IMG/VR virus record: IMGVR_UViG_3300032242_000723
Location: 269,116 to 333,115 of that record
Length of the DNA stretch: 64,000 bases
Reading direction: 5' to 3' (one strand)
This document shows, piece by piece, positions 1-7,987 of the stretch. Both the position numbers and the translations under genes were made by a program. How positions within the stretch are numbered: the first letter of the stretch is position 1; every line of letters starts with the position of its first letter. Below the pieces are notes generated by a model. It saw nothing but the letters and a program-made list of their open reading frames with translations, did not search any database and was not told the origin of the DNA.

Positions 1-56
1 GAAGTCACGCGGTAGACCAAAGAAGACTACAGTAACAGCGTAAAGGTACCTAACTA

Positions 57-353
57 ATGTCCCCTGAATTTTTACAAAAGTGGGAACGGTTGATCGAGGG
101 CGTTGAGAAAGAGAAGATTCCAGTAGAGTTTATCAAAAAACTAGTTCTAAAGCTGATCGGCAAAAAGCAAAAAACAATCAATGTTGAGCGAATGCTAGAT
201 CAGGGACTTGATCCAGAACAAGTTGAAGAAGTGATAAGCAGACAACTAATGGAGTTAGATAACGCAGTGATTGGTATTGAGTTTATTCTTAATGTACAAA
301 CGATTGCTGATACTGTACAGCCCGAAACTAACAAACTATTGAGTAACCTATGA
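57..353 (+). CDS. hypothetical protein
   Basis: 98-aa ORF, ATGA overlap with the DHFR start. Confidence 0.7.
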   Translation: MSPEFLQKWERLIEGVEKEKIPVEFIKKLVLKLIGKKQKTINVERMLDQGLDPEQVEEVISRQLMELDNAVIGIEFILNVQTIADTVQPETNKLLSNL

Positions 354-796
354 AACTCATAATAGCATGTGACCCAAACGGGGGAATAGGCTACGAAAAC
401 AAGTTACCCTGGACTCACATCCAGGGTGATTTGCCAAGATTCAAGCAACTCACTGCCGACTATCCAGTAATCATGGGACGCAACACTTGGGACAGTCTCC
501 CGAGAAAACCATTACCCAACCGCACCAACATCGTAGTTACATCAAGACCTTTTGATGAAGCACATTGCGTGGATCAGATTCTTGATCATACCGACTTCTA
601 TTGGCTGATTGGCGGTGCCAATCTAATAGAACAATGCTGGCCATACATCAACGAGATTCACTTGACTAGAACACATGACCATTATACTTGCGATACTTTC
701 ATAGATTTGTTATACATTGAGAACAACTATGTTAAGACCCATTCAGAAGTATTAATGGACCATACATATGAGATTTGGAGAATAAAGAATGTATAA
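350..796 (+). CDS. folA: dihydrofolate reductase
   Basis: IIACDPNGGIG..LPW..GDLPRFKQLT, VIMGRNTWDSL..PLPNRTNIV, LIGG motifs; close to thyA. Confidence 0.95.
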   Translation: MKLIIACDPNGGIGYENKLPWTHIQGDLPRFKQLTADYPVIMGRNTWDSLPRKPLPNRTNIVVTSRPFDEAHCVDQILDHTDFYWLIGGANLIEQCWPYINEIHLTRTHDHYTCDTFIDLLYIENNYVKTHSEVLMDHTYEIWRIKNV

Positions 797-1298
797 TTTA
801 GAGATAGATGGTTGGATGATGGAGGTTGAACTCCAAGAGATTGAACGTTTAGCAGCAGAGGTTCCAGCCAACGGTCTTATCGTTGAAATTGGTTGTTTGT
901 ACGGCAGAAGTACATATGCTTGGGCAAAATCGTGTGATCCTAGTGTTAAGGTATTAGTGATTGACGCCTTTTACGGTAAAGATCAACGTGCTAAATTTGA
1001 TGCCAGTATGGCTGGAATCGAAAACATCGAAGTCATTGACGGAAAAGCTCCGGACAAAATGATTTATCCAGGATACATGATTGATTTATTATTCATCGAT
1101 GCAACACACTTTAATCCAAATGATTTGGAAATCATCGAGTATTTCCTTCCTTTTATGAAAAAGGGTGGAATATTATCAGGACATGACTATTATGAAGCCT
1201 ACCCTGATGTTATAGCTAATGTTAGAATGTTGGAGGAAAGATTTGATCAAAAAGTTACGAATGCACAAGGTACATCTATTTGGGCATTTAGAGTTTAA
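789..1298 (+). CDS. class I SAM-dependent methyltransferase (Methyltransf_24-like)
   Basis: VEIGCLYGRS motif I, LLFIDATH, LSGHDY. Confidence 0.85.
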   Translation: MYNLEIDGWMMEVELQEIERLAAEVPANGLIVEIGCLYGRSTYAWAKSCDPSVKVLVIDAFYGKDQRAKFDASMAGIENIEVIDGKAPDKMIYPGYMIDLLFIDATHFNPNDLEIIEYFLPFMKKGGILSGHDYYEAYPDVIANVRMLEERFDQKVTNAQGTSIWAFRV

Positions 1299-1300
1299 AC

Positions 1301-2140
1301 ATGAACGAACACGTATATCTAGAACTATTAGAAGACATCCTCGAGAACGGTGAAGTAAGAGAAGACCGCACTGGTGTAGGCACAATCAGTGTGTTTGGAA
1401 GACAGTTGCGATTTGATCTTGAAAAGGGCTTTCCTGCTGTAACGACTAAGAAGCTAGCATGGAAAGCATGTAAGTCTGAACTGATTTGGTTCCTTGAAGG
1501 AAGCGGTGACGAGCGTAGACTTGCTAAGATTCTACACGGTACGAAGGATCCAGCTAATACTACAATCTGGTCGGGCAATGCTACTGCACCATACTGGGAA
1601 CCTAAAGCCAAGTTTCCAGGTGATCTAGGCAGAGTATATGGGGTGCAATGGCGTAACTGGGGAGGCGTTGATCAGATCAAGAAACTGATTGATGGTATCA
1701 GTAAAGACCCTTATAGTCGTAGACATATTGTCAGTGCGTGGAATGTAGATGAACTAGACGATATGGCACTGCCGCCTTGTCATGTGATGAGTCAGTTTAG
1801 TGTGAGCAACAACGGCCGTTTAAGTTGTCATATGTACCAAAGAAGTTGTGATGTTTTTTTGGGAATTCCCTTTAATATCGCAAGTTATGCTTTACTAACA
1901 CATATGATTGCTCAAGTATGCGGCTTGCGTGTGGGTGAACTTGTTATCTCAACAGGAGACACTCATATCTACCTAAATCATCGTGATCAAGTTGAAGAGC
2001 AACTTACCCGTAAACCTTATCCAGCACCGACTCTTTGGTTGAACCCAGATATTATCGAGATTGATCGGTTCAATATGGACGATATTCAGTTGACAAACTA
2101 TGAGAGCCATGCTAGTATCAAGGCTGAGATGGCAGTATGA
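1301..2140 (+). CDS. thyA: thymidylate synthase
   Basis: ALPPCH catalytic motif, YQRSCDVFLGIPFNIASY, GDTHIYLNH. Confidence 0.97.
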   Translation: MNEHVYLELLEDILENGEVREDRTGVGTISVFGRQLRFDLEKGFPAVTTKKLAWKACKSELIWFLEGSGDERRLAKILHGTKDPANTTIWSGNATAPYWEPKAKFPGDLGRVYGVQWRNWGGVDQIKKLIDGISKDPYSRRHIVSAWNVDELDDMALPPCHVMSQFSVSNNGRLSCHMYQRSCDVFLGIPFNIASYALLTHMIAQVCGLRVGELVISTGDTHIYLNHRDQVEEQLTRKPYPAPTLWLNPDIIEIDRFNMDDIQLTNYESHASIKAEMAV

Positions 2141-2379
2141 CGGACATCAAGTTCACCGCATTTGAGTTTCAAGTTGATTTAGATCAAGATGATCCTGATC
2201 TAGTGGCTGACTTATCAATAAATGAGTGGCAAAAGACTGATTCGGCAAAATGGCTATTAGAACATTCAAATATTGCTAAGCACCGCTGCAAAGACCCTGC
2301 TAGTATAAGTTTACATTACAAAATCGTCTCAACAATAACCCCTGAAAAATATACCTTTTGGAGCTTGACATACAAATGA
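2137..2379 (+). CDS. hypothetical protein
   Basis: 80-aa ORF, ATGA-coupled to thyA. Confidence 0.6.
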   Translation: MTDIKFTAFEFQVDLDQDDPDLVADLSINEWQKTDSAKWLLEHSNIAKHRCKDPASISLHYKIVSTITPEKYTFWSLTYK

Positions 2380-2678
2380 CACTAGACAGAGATCAAATCA
2401 TCAATAACATGTGCTTGACCTTTCGTCACGATTACGGAATCGTAATCACTGAAGAAGATAGAATGTATTCGTTGGCAGCAGGCATGACCAAGCGAGAACG
2501 CGAAGCACTGTTTAATGACATGGCTCAAGTCTTTGACCATCACTTTGCTCATTTTGCTACTGGGTTGGAAGAATATCGTAAGATTAATGAGGGTGAGTTA
2601 ATCACTATGCCAAAGAGCAAAGAACATGCAAAGTACATGATCTTGATTGCTGAACACTACTTGAAGTCTCACGAATGA
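2358..2678 (+). CDS. hypothetical protein (true start probably 2376)
   Basis: ORF fills the gap; ATGA coupling at both ends if it starts at 2376. Confidence 0.6.
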   Translation: MELDIQMTLDRDQIINNMCLTFRHDYGIVITEEDRMYSLAAGMTKREREALFNDMAQVFDHHFAHFATGLEEYRKINEGELITMPKSKEHAKYMILIAEHYLKSHE

Positions 2679-3628
2679 GAATACTTGTCACTGGTGGAAT
2701 GGGTTTCATCGGACATAATGTCGTAGCACAGTTAGAAATGTTAGGACATGATGTACTGACGGTTGATAACTATACCAACTATGGTATCGTACCAAGTACT
2801 GAACTCACTCACCTAGTGAAAGAACGAGCCAAGAAGGTAGATTCAATGTGTCATCCATATGACATTGCGGATCTGATCGTCATGGATAGGACATTCAACA
2901 CTTTCAAGCCTGAGTTAGTGATTCACTTAGCCAGCTTTCCTAGACAGAAAGCAGTTGGTATTGATCCAGGAGCAGCATCTCGTACAATGACAGAAGGATT
3001 GCTCAACCTATGCGAAGTATCGGCTAAGCATAATGTCAAGCGTTTTGTCTATATCAGCAGCAGTATGGTATATGGTAACTTTGCTGACGGTACGACAGAA
3101 CATGCACAATGCGATCCAATCGGTCAATATGGAATCATGAAACTAGCAGGTGAAATGCTGGTTAAAGATTATGCCAAACGTGGATGTTTTGACTACACCA
3201 TCTTGCGTCCAAGTGCGGTCTACGGCCCACTTGATGTCAACGACAGAGTAGTAGCGAAGTTCATTCTAGCAGCGATGCAAGATCAACCACTTGAGGTCAA
3301 TGGTTCAGGTGAGTCACTTGACTTTACATATGTAGAAGATGCTGCTTCAGGTATCGTAGGAGCGTCTCTGAGCGACGTTGCAGCAAATCGCACATATAAC
3401 ATCACTCGTGGCAGGGGCGTCTCTCTGCTTGAAGCAGCGTCACTTGTCACGAAGATCGTTGGTAAAGGTACACTAAAGATTGCTGAGCGTGACAATACCT
3501 TCCCTAGCAGAGGTGCATTAGATATTAGTGCTGCTCACAGAGATTTCGGCTACAACCCAACTGTTAACATCTTAGAAGGTTTCCAAAGATACTATGACTA
3601 TCTTAACAATACCGCACTTCGGTCTTAA
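2675..3628 (+). CDS. NAD-dependent nucleotide-sugar epimerase/dehydratase (extended SDR)
   Basis: TGGMGFIG Rossmann motif, YISSSMVYG, YGIMK (YxxxK), LRPSAVYGP, DFTYVED. Confidence 0.92.
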   Translation: MRILVTGGMGFIGHNVVAQLEMLGHDVLTVDNYTNYGIVPSTELTHLVKERAKKVDSMCHPYDIADLIVMDRTFNTFKPELVIHLASFPRQKAVGIDPGAASRTMTEGLLNLCEVSAKHNVKRFVYISSSMVYGNFADGTTEHAQCDPIGQYGIMKLAGEMLVKDYAKRGCFDYTILRPSAVYGPLDVNDRVVAKFILAAMQDQPLEVNGSGESLDFTYVEDAASGIVGASLSDVAANRTYNITRGRGVSLLEAASLVTKIVGKGTLKIAERDNTFPSRGALDISAAHRDFGYNPTVNILEGFQRYYDYLNNTALRS

Positions 3629-4664
3629 ACGACAGTACACTACTCTTAAGGATGAGTTATTACAGGCGACTGATAATGTCCTAAGCAAAGGTATCCTAAT
3701 TGGCGGTGAATATACTCGCGAGTTTGAACAATGGCTGGCTAAGAAAACTTGGTGCAGATTTGCAACGGTAACCCACAGTGGTACTCAGGCTTTAGAGTTC
3801 ATTGCTCAATATGTAAGCGATCAAGACTTCTTAAATGGTAACCCAGACAATCCCAAAATTATACTACCAAATCTATCCTATCCCGCAACATTGAATGCGT
3901 TCTTAAGTAACGGTTGGGAAGTGGAACTTGTGGATACAGACAGTCACGGTTGTATGTCGTTTGATACACTTGAAAGAACGGATGACCAGACTTATTCTTG
4001 TTATGTAGGATTGTATGGAGTAGAAGCACCTACGTACTTCACTAACTGGACTATAGTAGACGGAGCACAACATTGGCTTCAAGCGGATGGCAATGTGGGT
4101 GCTGGGATGGCAATCAGTTTTGATCCTACCAAGAACCTAAACGCATCTGGAAACGGCGGTGCGGTAGTCACAAACGATGAAGGACTATATAACTTTGTAA
4201 ACAAAGCAAAGAACAACGGTAAGCCAGAGTATGATTATCGTGGTACAAACTCTAAGATGAGTGAGATTGATTGTGCCCATCTATTGGTGCGAACGAAGTA
4301 CATCGAGGAGTGGCAAATACGAAGAAGATTCGTCAGTGACACTTATATTGAGAACTTTGCTGATATGCCATTTAGATGCCTTTCAAAAGGAATTATCGAT
4401 CATGCTGATCAGAAGTTTGTAATTTACACTGAGAGACGAGATGAGCTACATGCATACTTAAACGAGCACGGCGTTGAATCTAAGATTCACTATCCGTATA
4501 CATTGAGTGATCTTCCCGTTGCTACTGGATTAGTCAAGCCAGACATGATGAGTGTTAGCATGATGCTTAGTCGCGGTGTGCTTAGTTTGCCCATTTACCC
4601 TGAACTCACTGATGATGAAATATACTACATTATAAAGCAAGTTAAAGATTTCTTTGCTAAATAA
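3594..4664 (+). CDS. DegT/DnrJ/EryC1/StrS PLP-dependent sugar aminotransferase
   Basis: SGTQAL, DGAQ, SFDPTKNLNASGNGGAVVT (PLP lysine motif), GTNSKMSE, LSLPIYPEL. Confidence 0.9.
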   Translation: MTILTIPHFGLKRQYTTLKDELLQATDNVLSKGILIGGEYTREFEQWLAKKTWCRFATVTHSGTQALEFIAQYVSDQDFLNGNPDNPKIILPNLSYPATLNAFLSNGWEVELVDTDSHGCMSFDTLERTDDQTYSCYVGLYGVEAPTYFTNWTIVDGAQHWLQADGNVGAGMAISFDPTKNLNASGNGGAVVTNDEGLYNFVNKAKNNGKPEYDYRGTNSKMSEIDCAHLLVRTKYIEEWQIRRRFVSDTYIENFADMPFRCLSKGIIDHADQKFVIYTERRDELHAYLNEHGVESKIHYPYTLSDLPVATGLVKPDMMSVSMMLSRGVLSLPIYPELTDDEIYYIIKQVKDFFAK

Positions 4665-4671
4665 TAGTATC

Positions 4672-5127
4672 ATGTGGCTATTAACAATCTTCTCGACCTT
4701 CCTCGTTCACGCTATGCTTATGACAGGCGTAATACTCCTTGCATGTTCTATGTTCTTAGGAGCTATCACATTCTTTAGGACATATAAGTTTCCTATGCAG
4801 ATTCTTGGGTTTATCTTGCTTGGTGCAGGATTGTACTATGAGGGTGCATTGGCTCATATGGCATCACAGGAAAAGGCAGTTGCTGCTCTTGAGATAAAGC
4901 TGAAGACTGCTGAAGCAGAATCATTGCGATTGAATGGTATAATCATTACTCAAAAGCGTGATTATGACATATTAGTGCAGTCAAAGGGCGACACTATCAT
5001 CAAATATATTCATGATAGGTCAACTGTCATTGATAGCAAATGTGTAATCACACCCGATGTCATCGACGCACTCAATCAGGCTGCAAGCCTCGACGCGACC
5101 ACTGAACCCAAGAAAGATAAGCCATGA
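4672..5127 (+). CDS. putative i-spanin (Rz-like)
   Basis: N-terminal hydrophobic segments, coiled-coil region, CVITPDVIDALNQAA tail; ATGA-coupled to a lipoprotein gene; ATG 4672 preferred over the track start 4654. Confidence 0.6.
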   Translation: MWLLTIFSTFLVHAMLMTGVILLACSMFLGAITFFRTYKFPMQILGFILLGAGLYYEGALAHMASQEKAVAALEIKLKTAEAESLRLNGIIITQKRDYDILVQSKGDTIIKYIHDRSTVIDSKCVITPDVIDALNQAASLDATTEPKKDKP

Positions 5128-5426
5128 AAAAACTTATAATCGTTGCCTGTTTGTTCCTCGCATCTTGTTCTCACATTGCGGTTCCTGTAACTGCTAAGTT
5201 CCCAGATGCACCAGTTGAACTTAGACAAGAATGTGAAACACTCACTAAACTAGCATCTACTGCCAAACTAAGCACGGTAATGATCGCCGTCACTGAAAAC
5301 TATGTCAAATATGCAAAGTGTAAGCGTCAAAATCAAGCTTGGAATGAATGGTATGACGGACAAAAGAAGATATTTGACGAAGCTACAGAGACACGCAAGT
5401 TCCCTTGGATTCATATCAAGAAGTAA
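5124..5426 (+). CDS. putative o-spanin lipoprotein (Rz1-like)
   Basis: Signal peptide MKKLIIVACLFLASC with lipobox LASC, Pro-rich segment after the Cys. Confidence 0.7.
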   Translation: MKKLIIVACLFLASCSHIAVPVTAKFPDAPVELRQECETLTKLASTAKLSTVMIAVTENYVKYAKCKRQNQAWNEWYDGQKKIFDEATETRKFPWIHIKK

Positions 5427-5466
5427 CATTCTTTTGATAAATACAAGATAGCAACGGAAGATCAAT

Positions 5467-6024
5467 ATGAGTACCACACCACTATATAATCAACAAGTTA
5501 TCAACATTGGTGCACAGCCAAATGATGGCGTGGGCGATCCGTTACGTGTAGCGTTTGAGAAAGTAAACAATAACTTCTCTAATCTATTTGCTACCTTTGT
5601 TAACTCTACTATTGCTTATACATTTGGAAACACTGCTGGTCAGGTTATCTTTGAATATCCAGCAAACGCTTTCTCTGAGGGTCAGTTCTATATTCAATCA
5701 AGTGATACTGGAACACCAGACAGACAAAATATTCAACTTTTTGCACAGATTAATCCAGCACATGATACTATCAAGTTCAGTGGTTATGGTTCTACCTTCT
5801 TTGGTAACTGTACTTCTCGCTATAATATGGATGTTGTTGGTGGCAATGTAAGAATATTGGCCAACCCATTGATTGACGATGATATGACTCACTTTATCTC
5901 TTCGCAGATCATGTGGACAGGCCCAAATGTACCAGGTATGTATATCTCTCCCGATGGATATGCTAACTCATCTATCGCTACCGAAACAGTGGTCAACATC
6001 ACAACAGAGCAACCTGCACCATGA
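5467..6024 (+). CDS. virion/baseplate structural protein (T4 gp9/gp10-like N-terminus)
   Basis: QQVINIGAQPNDGVGDPLRVAFEKVNNNF N-terminal motif; TAAATA late promoter at 5438. Confidence 0.65.
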   Translation: MSTTPLYNQQVINIGAQPNDGVGDPLRVAFEKVNNNFSNLFATFVNSTIAYTFGNTAGQVIFEYPANAFSEGQFYIQSSDTGTPDRQNIQLFAQINPAHDTIKFSGYGSTFFGNCTSRYNMDVVGGNVRILANPLIDDDMTHFISSQIMWTGPNVPGMYISPDGYANSSIATETVVNITTEQPAP

Positions 6025-6440
6025 GAGCTTGGGAATTTCTAACAGAAGCACAACTTCATCCAGAAGAAGCATCGTTGCCTACAAAGCCAACCGACAAGTT
6101 ACTTCCTGATCAGGCCGGCGCATTGCCCGCTACTTATATCATTCCTGAACTACCTAACCAAGATCCATATCTACAATATCGTTTCGGAGTAGCATTAGCA
6201 GGCGCTAAAGGTAGAAAACAACGAGAACAAGATGGTGTTTCTAGTATGGATCGCACGAGTGCATTCGGTGAAGCAGAGATCATTGTATCGTACGGTGATG
6301 ATGTCGGACCATTTATTGACGATGCTCTTAAGCAAATGGGCATGAGTGGAAAGAAGATGGTAAGCACTCCTACGAGTATAGAAACTTCTGATGTTACTAA
6401 AGTTAGCCCAATGAGACCGTTTAAAGGATATGCAAGATGA
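6021..6440 (+). CDS. hypothetical protein, candidate internal head protein
   Basis: N-terminus MRAWEFLTE resembles the T4 capsid-targeting sequence. Confidence 0.6.
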   Translation: MRAWEFLTEAQLHPEEASLPTKPTDKLLPDQAGALPATYIIPELPNQDPYLQYRFGVALAGAKGRKQREQDGVSSMDRTSAFGEAEIIVSYGDDVGPFIDDALKQMGMSGKKMVSTPTSIETSDVTKVSPMRPFKGYAR

Positions 6441-6817
6441 GAGCACATGAGTTTATTAGTGAAGGTACTGGTGTTCCACCTGAATCCCATACTCACGCCC
6501 ACAGCGGCGGTTATAAGTTTATGGATAACGGAACAGACAGAACTTACAACTTGAATCGCATCATGGCCGCAGCAGGGCAATCTGACGGTAAATCAACGAA
6601 AGCAATAAAAGACTTCGATGATGAAAGTTTTGCTGGTAAACATAACATGGCTTATCCTTATACTGAGATTGAACACAACATGCTGAAGCAAGCATTCAAT
6701 ACTGTTTCTCCTAGCGATGTTCATCGTATTCCTGGCGACAAAAGTAGTGCTGAGCATCCATCTACACATAAAGTAAGTCCGGTTGCTAAACGACCTACTG
6801 ATCACAGAAAAAAATAA
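6437..6817 (+). CDS. hypothetical protein, candidate internal head protein
   Basis: N-terminus MRAHEFISE; coupled to the previous gene. Confidence 0.6.
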   Translation: MRAHEFISEGTGVPPESHTHAHSGGYKFMDNGTDRTYNLNRIMAAAGQSDGKSTKAIKDFDDESFAGKHNMAYPYTEIEHNMLKQAFNTVSPSDVHRIPGDKSSAEHPSTHKVSPVAKRPTDHRKK

Positions 6818-6834
6818 TCACAAGCCTGTTGCTA

Positions 6835-6842
6835 TATAAATA
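6835..6842 (+). promoter_or_regulatory. T4-type late promoter TATAAATA, 5 nt before ATG 6848
   Basis: TATAAATA-ttatc-ATG. Confidence 0.75.
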
Positions 6843-6847
6843 TTATC

Positions 6848-7543
6848 ATGAGCAACATTGACATCAACCAAACACTAGACCTAATCAAACTCAAGTTCTA
6901 CAACGAATATCTGTACACCGCCCACCTGTACGATGAAGGCGACAGTCCATTTCATAAAGAACTAACAGCACAAGTCGTAAAGACTTATGTAGACCCACTC
7001 AATCTTCCAAAAGATGCACATATTCTTGATCTTGGATGCGGCCCTGGCTACTTCTTAGACGAGATGAAGGAACGCGAGTACACTAACACTGTTGGTGTCA
7101 CACTCAGTCCAGGTGATATCAAGATTTGTGAAGACAAGGGACATGTGATCAAGAAGTATGATCTATCATTTCTTCCACAGAAGGATGGCTACTACGATGA
7201 GTCAGTAGACTTTATCTTCTTGCGTCATGCACTTGAGCATAGTCCGTATCCTATCTTCTCATTGATGGAATATAATCGTATCCTCAAGCAGGGATCAAAG
7301 ATTTACATTGAAGTTCCAGCCCCAGACTGTGAACGACAACATGAATCTAACCTGAATCACTATTCTATCTTAGGTTCTAATCAGTTGGGAGCACTATTAC
7401 AACGCTGTGGATTCAACATTGATGCGTTTAACAACTTAGAGTTTGATCTTCATATTCCAACCGAAGATGGTGAAACTAAGAAGGTTACTGAAAAGTATTA
7501 TTGCATAGTTGCCACGAAGGCTAAACCACTAGATGTAAAGTAA
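6848..7543 (+). CDS. class I SAM-dependent methyltransferase
   Basis: ILDLGCGPG motif I, DFIFLRHALEH, ILKQGSKIYIEVP. Confidence 0.88.
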   Translation: MSNIDINQTLDLIKLKFYNEYLYTAHLYDEGDSPFHKELTAQVVKTYVDPLNLPKDAHILDLGCGPGYFLDEMKEREYTNTVGVTLSPGDIKICEDKGHVIKKYDLSFLPQKDGYYDESVDFIFLRHALEHSPYPIFSLMEYNRILKQGSKIYIEVPAPDCERQHESNLNHYSILGSNQLGALLQRCGFNIDAFNNLEFDLHIPTEDGETKKVTEKYYCIVATKAKPLDVK

Positions 7544-7560
7544 GTTTTAAATATCGAGCA

Positions 7561-7600
7561 TAAATACTCTCACAACAGATACTTGTGAGAGTATTTTTTT
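7561..7600 (+). terminator. 14-bp perfect hairpin plus T-tract, overlapping a TAAATA late promoter
   Basis: aaatactctcacaa(7562-75)-cagatac-ttgtgagagtattt(7583-96) followed by Ts; TAAATA at 7561-66. Confidence 0.7.
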
Positions 7601-7612
7601 AAGGAAAAACCT

Positions 7613-7981
7613 ATGAAACCTAGTGAGATTCTGCGTAGTCTAGCAGATATGATTGACGCAAGACAACAAGCAATCAAGCCTTTAGGAGCAAGCGGCGCAT
7701 TGAATCCTAGATTGATGCCGCAAGTTATAGCAGAACCAGTAGATGTTGAGTTTGAGCCTGCGAATGGTCTTGCTCAACAACCTGATGATGTGTTTGTTCC
7801 TCCATTGCAGTTGAAGATTGAACTTCTCAAGAAATCACAGGGTGTGGAAAACATCTATGATGATCCTGAAGAGGAAGAAGATGAAGCCCATCATTATGAT
7901 GAGTTGGCTGCGATCAAGCGTAATGCAGGAATCGCCCCTATCGTGTTAGACGCATTAGACGACGACGAACCACTAGGATAA
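7613..7981 (+). CDS. hypothetical acidic protein
   Basis: 122-aa ORF with AAGGA RBS. Confidence 0.7.
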   Translation: MKPSEILRSLADMIDARQQAIKPLGASGALNPRLMPQVIAEPVDVEFEPANGLAQQPDDVFVPPLQLKIELLKKSQGVENIYDDPEEEEDEAHHYDELAAIKRNAGIAPIVLDALDDDEPLG

Positions 7982-7987
7982 CAAATT

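Noticed and set aside
2-43. C-terminal end of an upstream gene (KSRGRPKKTTVTA*) with an AT-hook-like RGRP
   Set aside because: Too short and truncated by the window edge to support a call.
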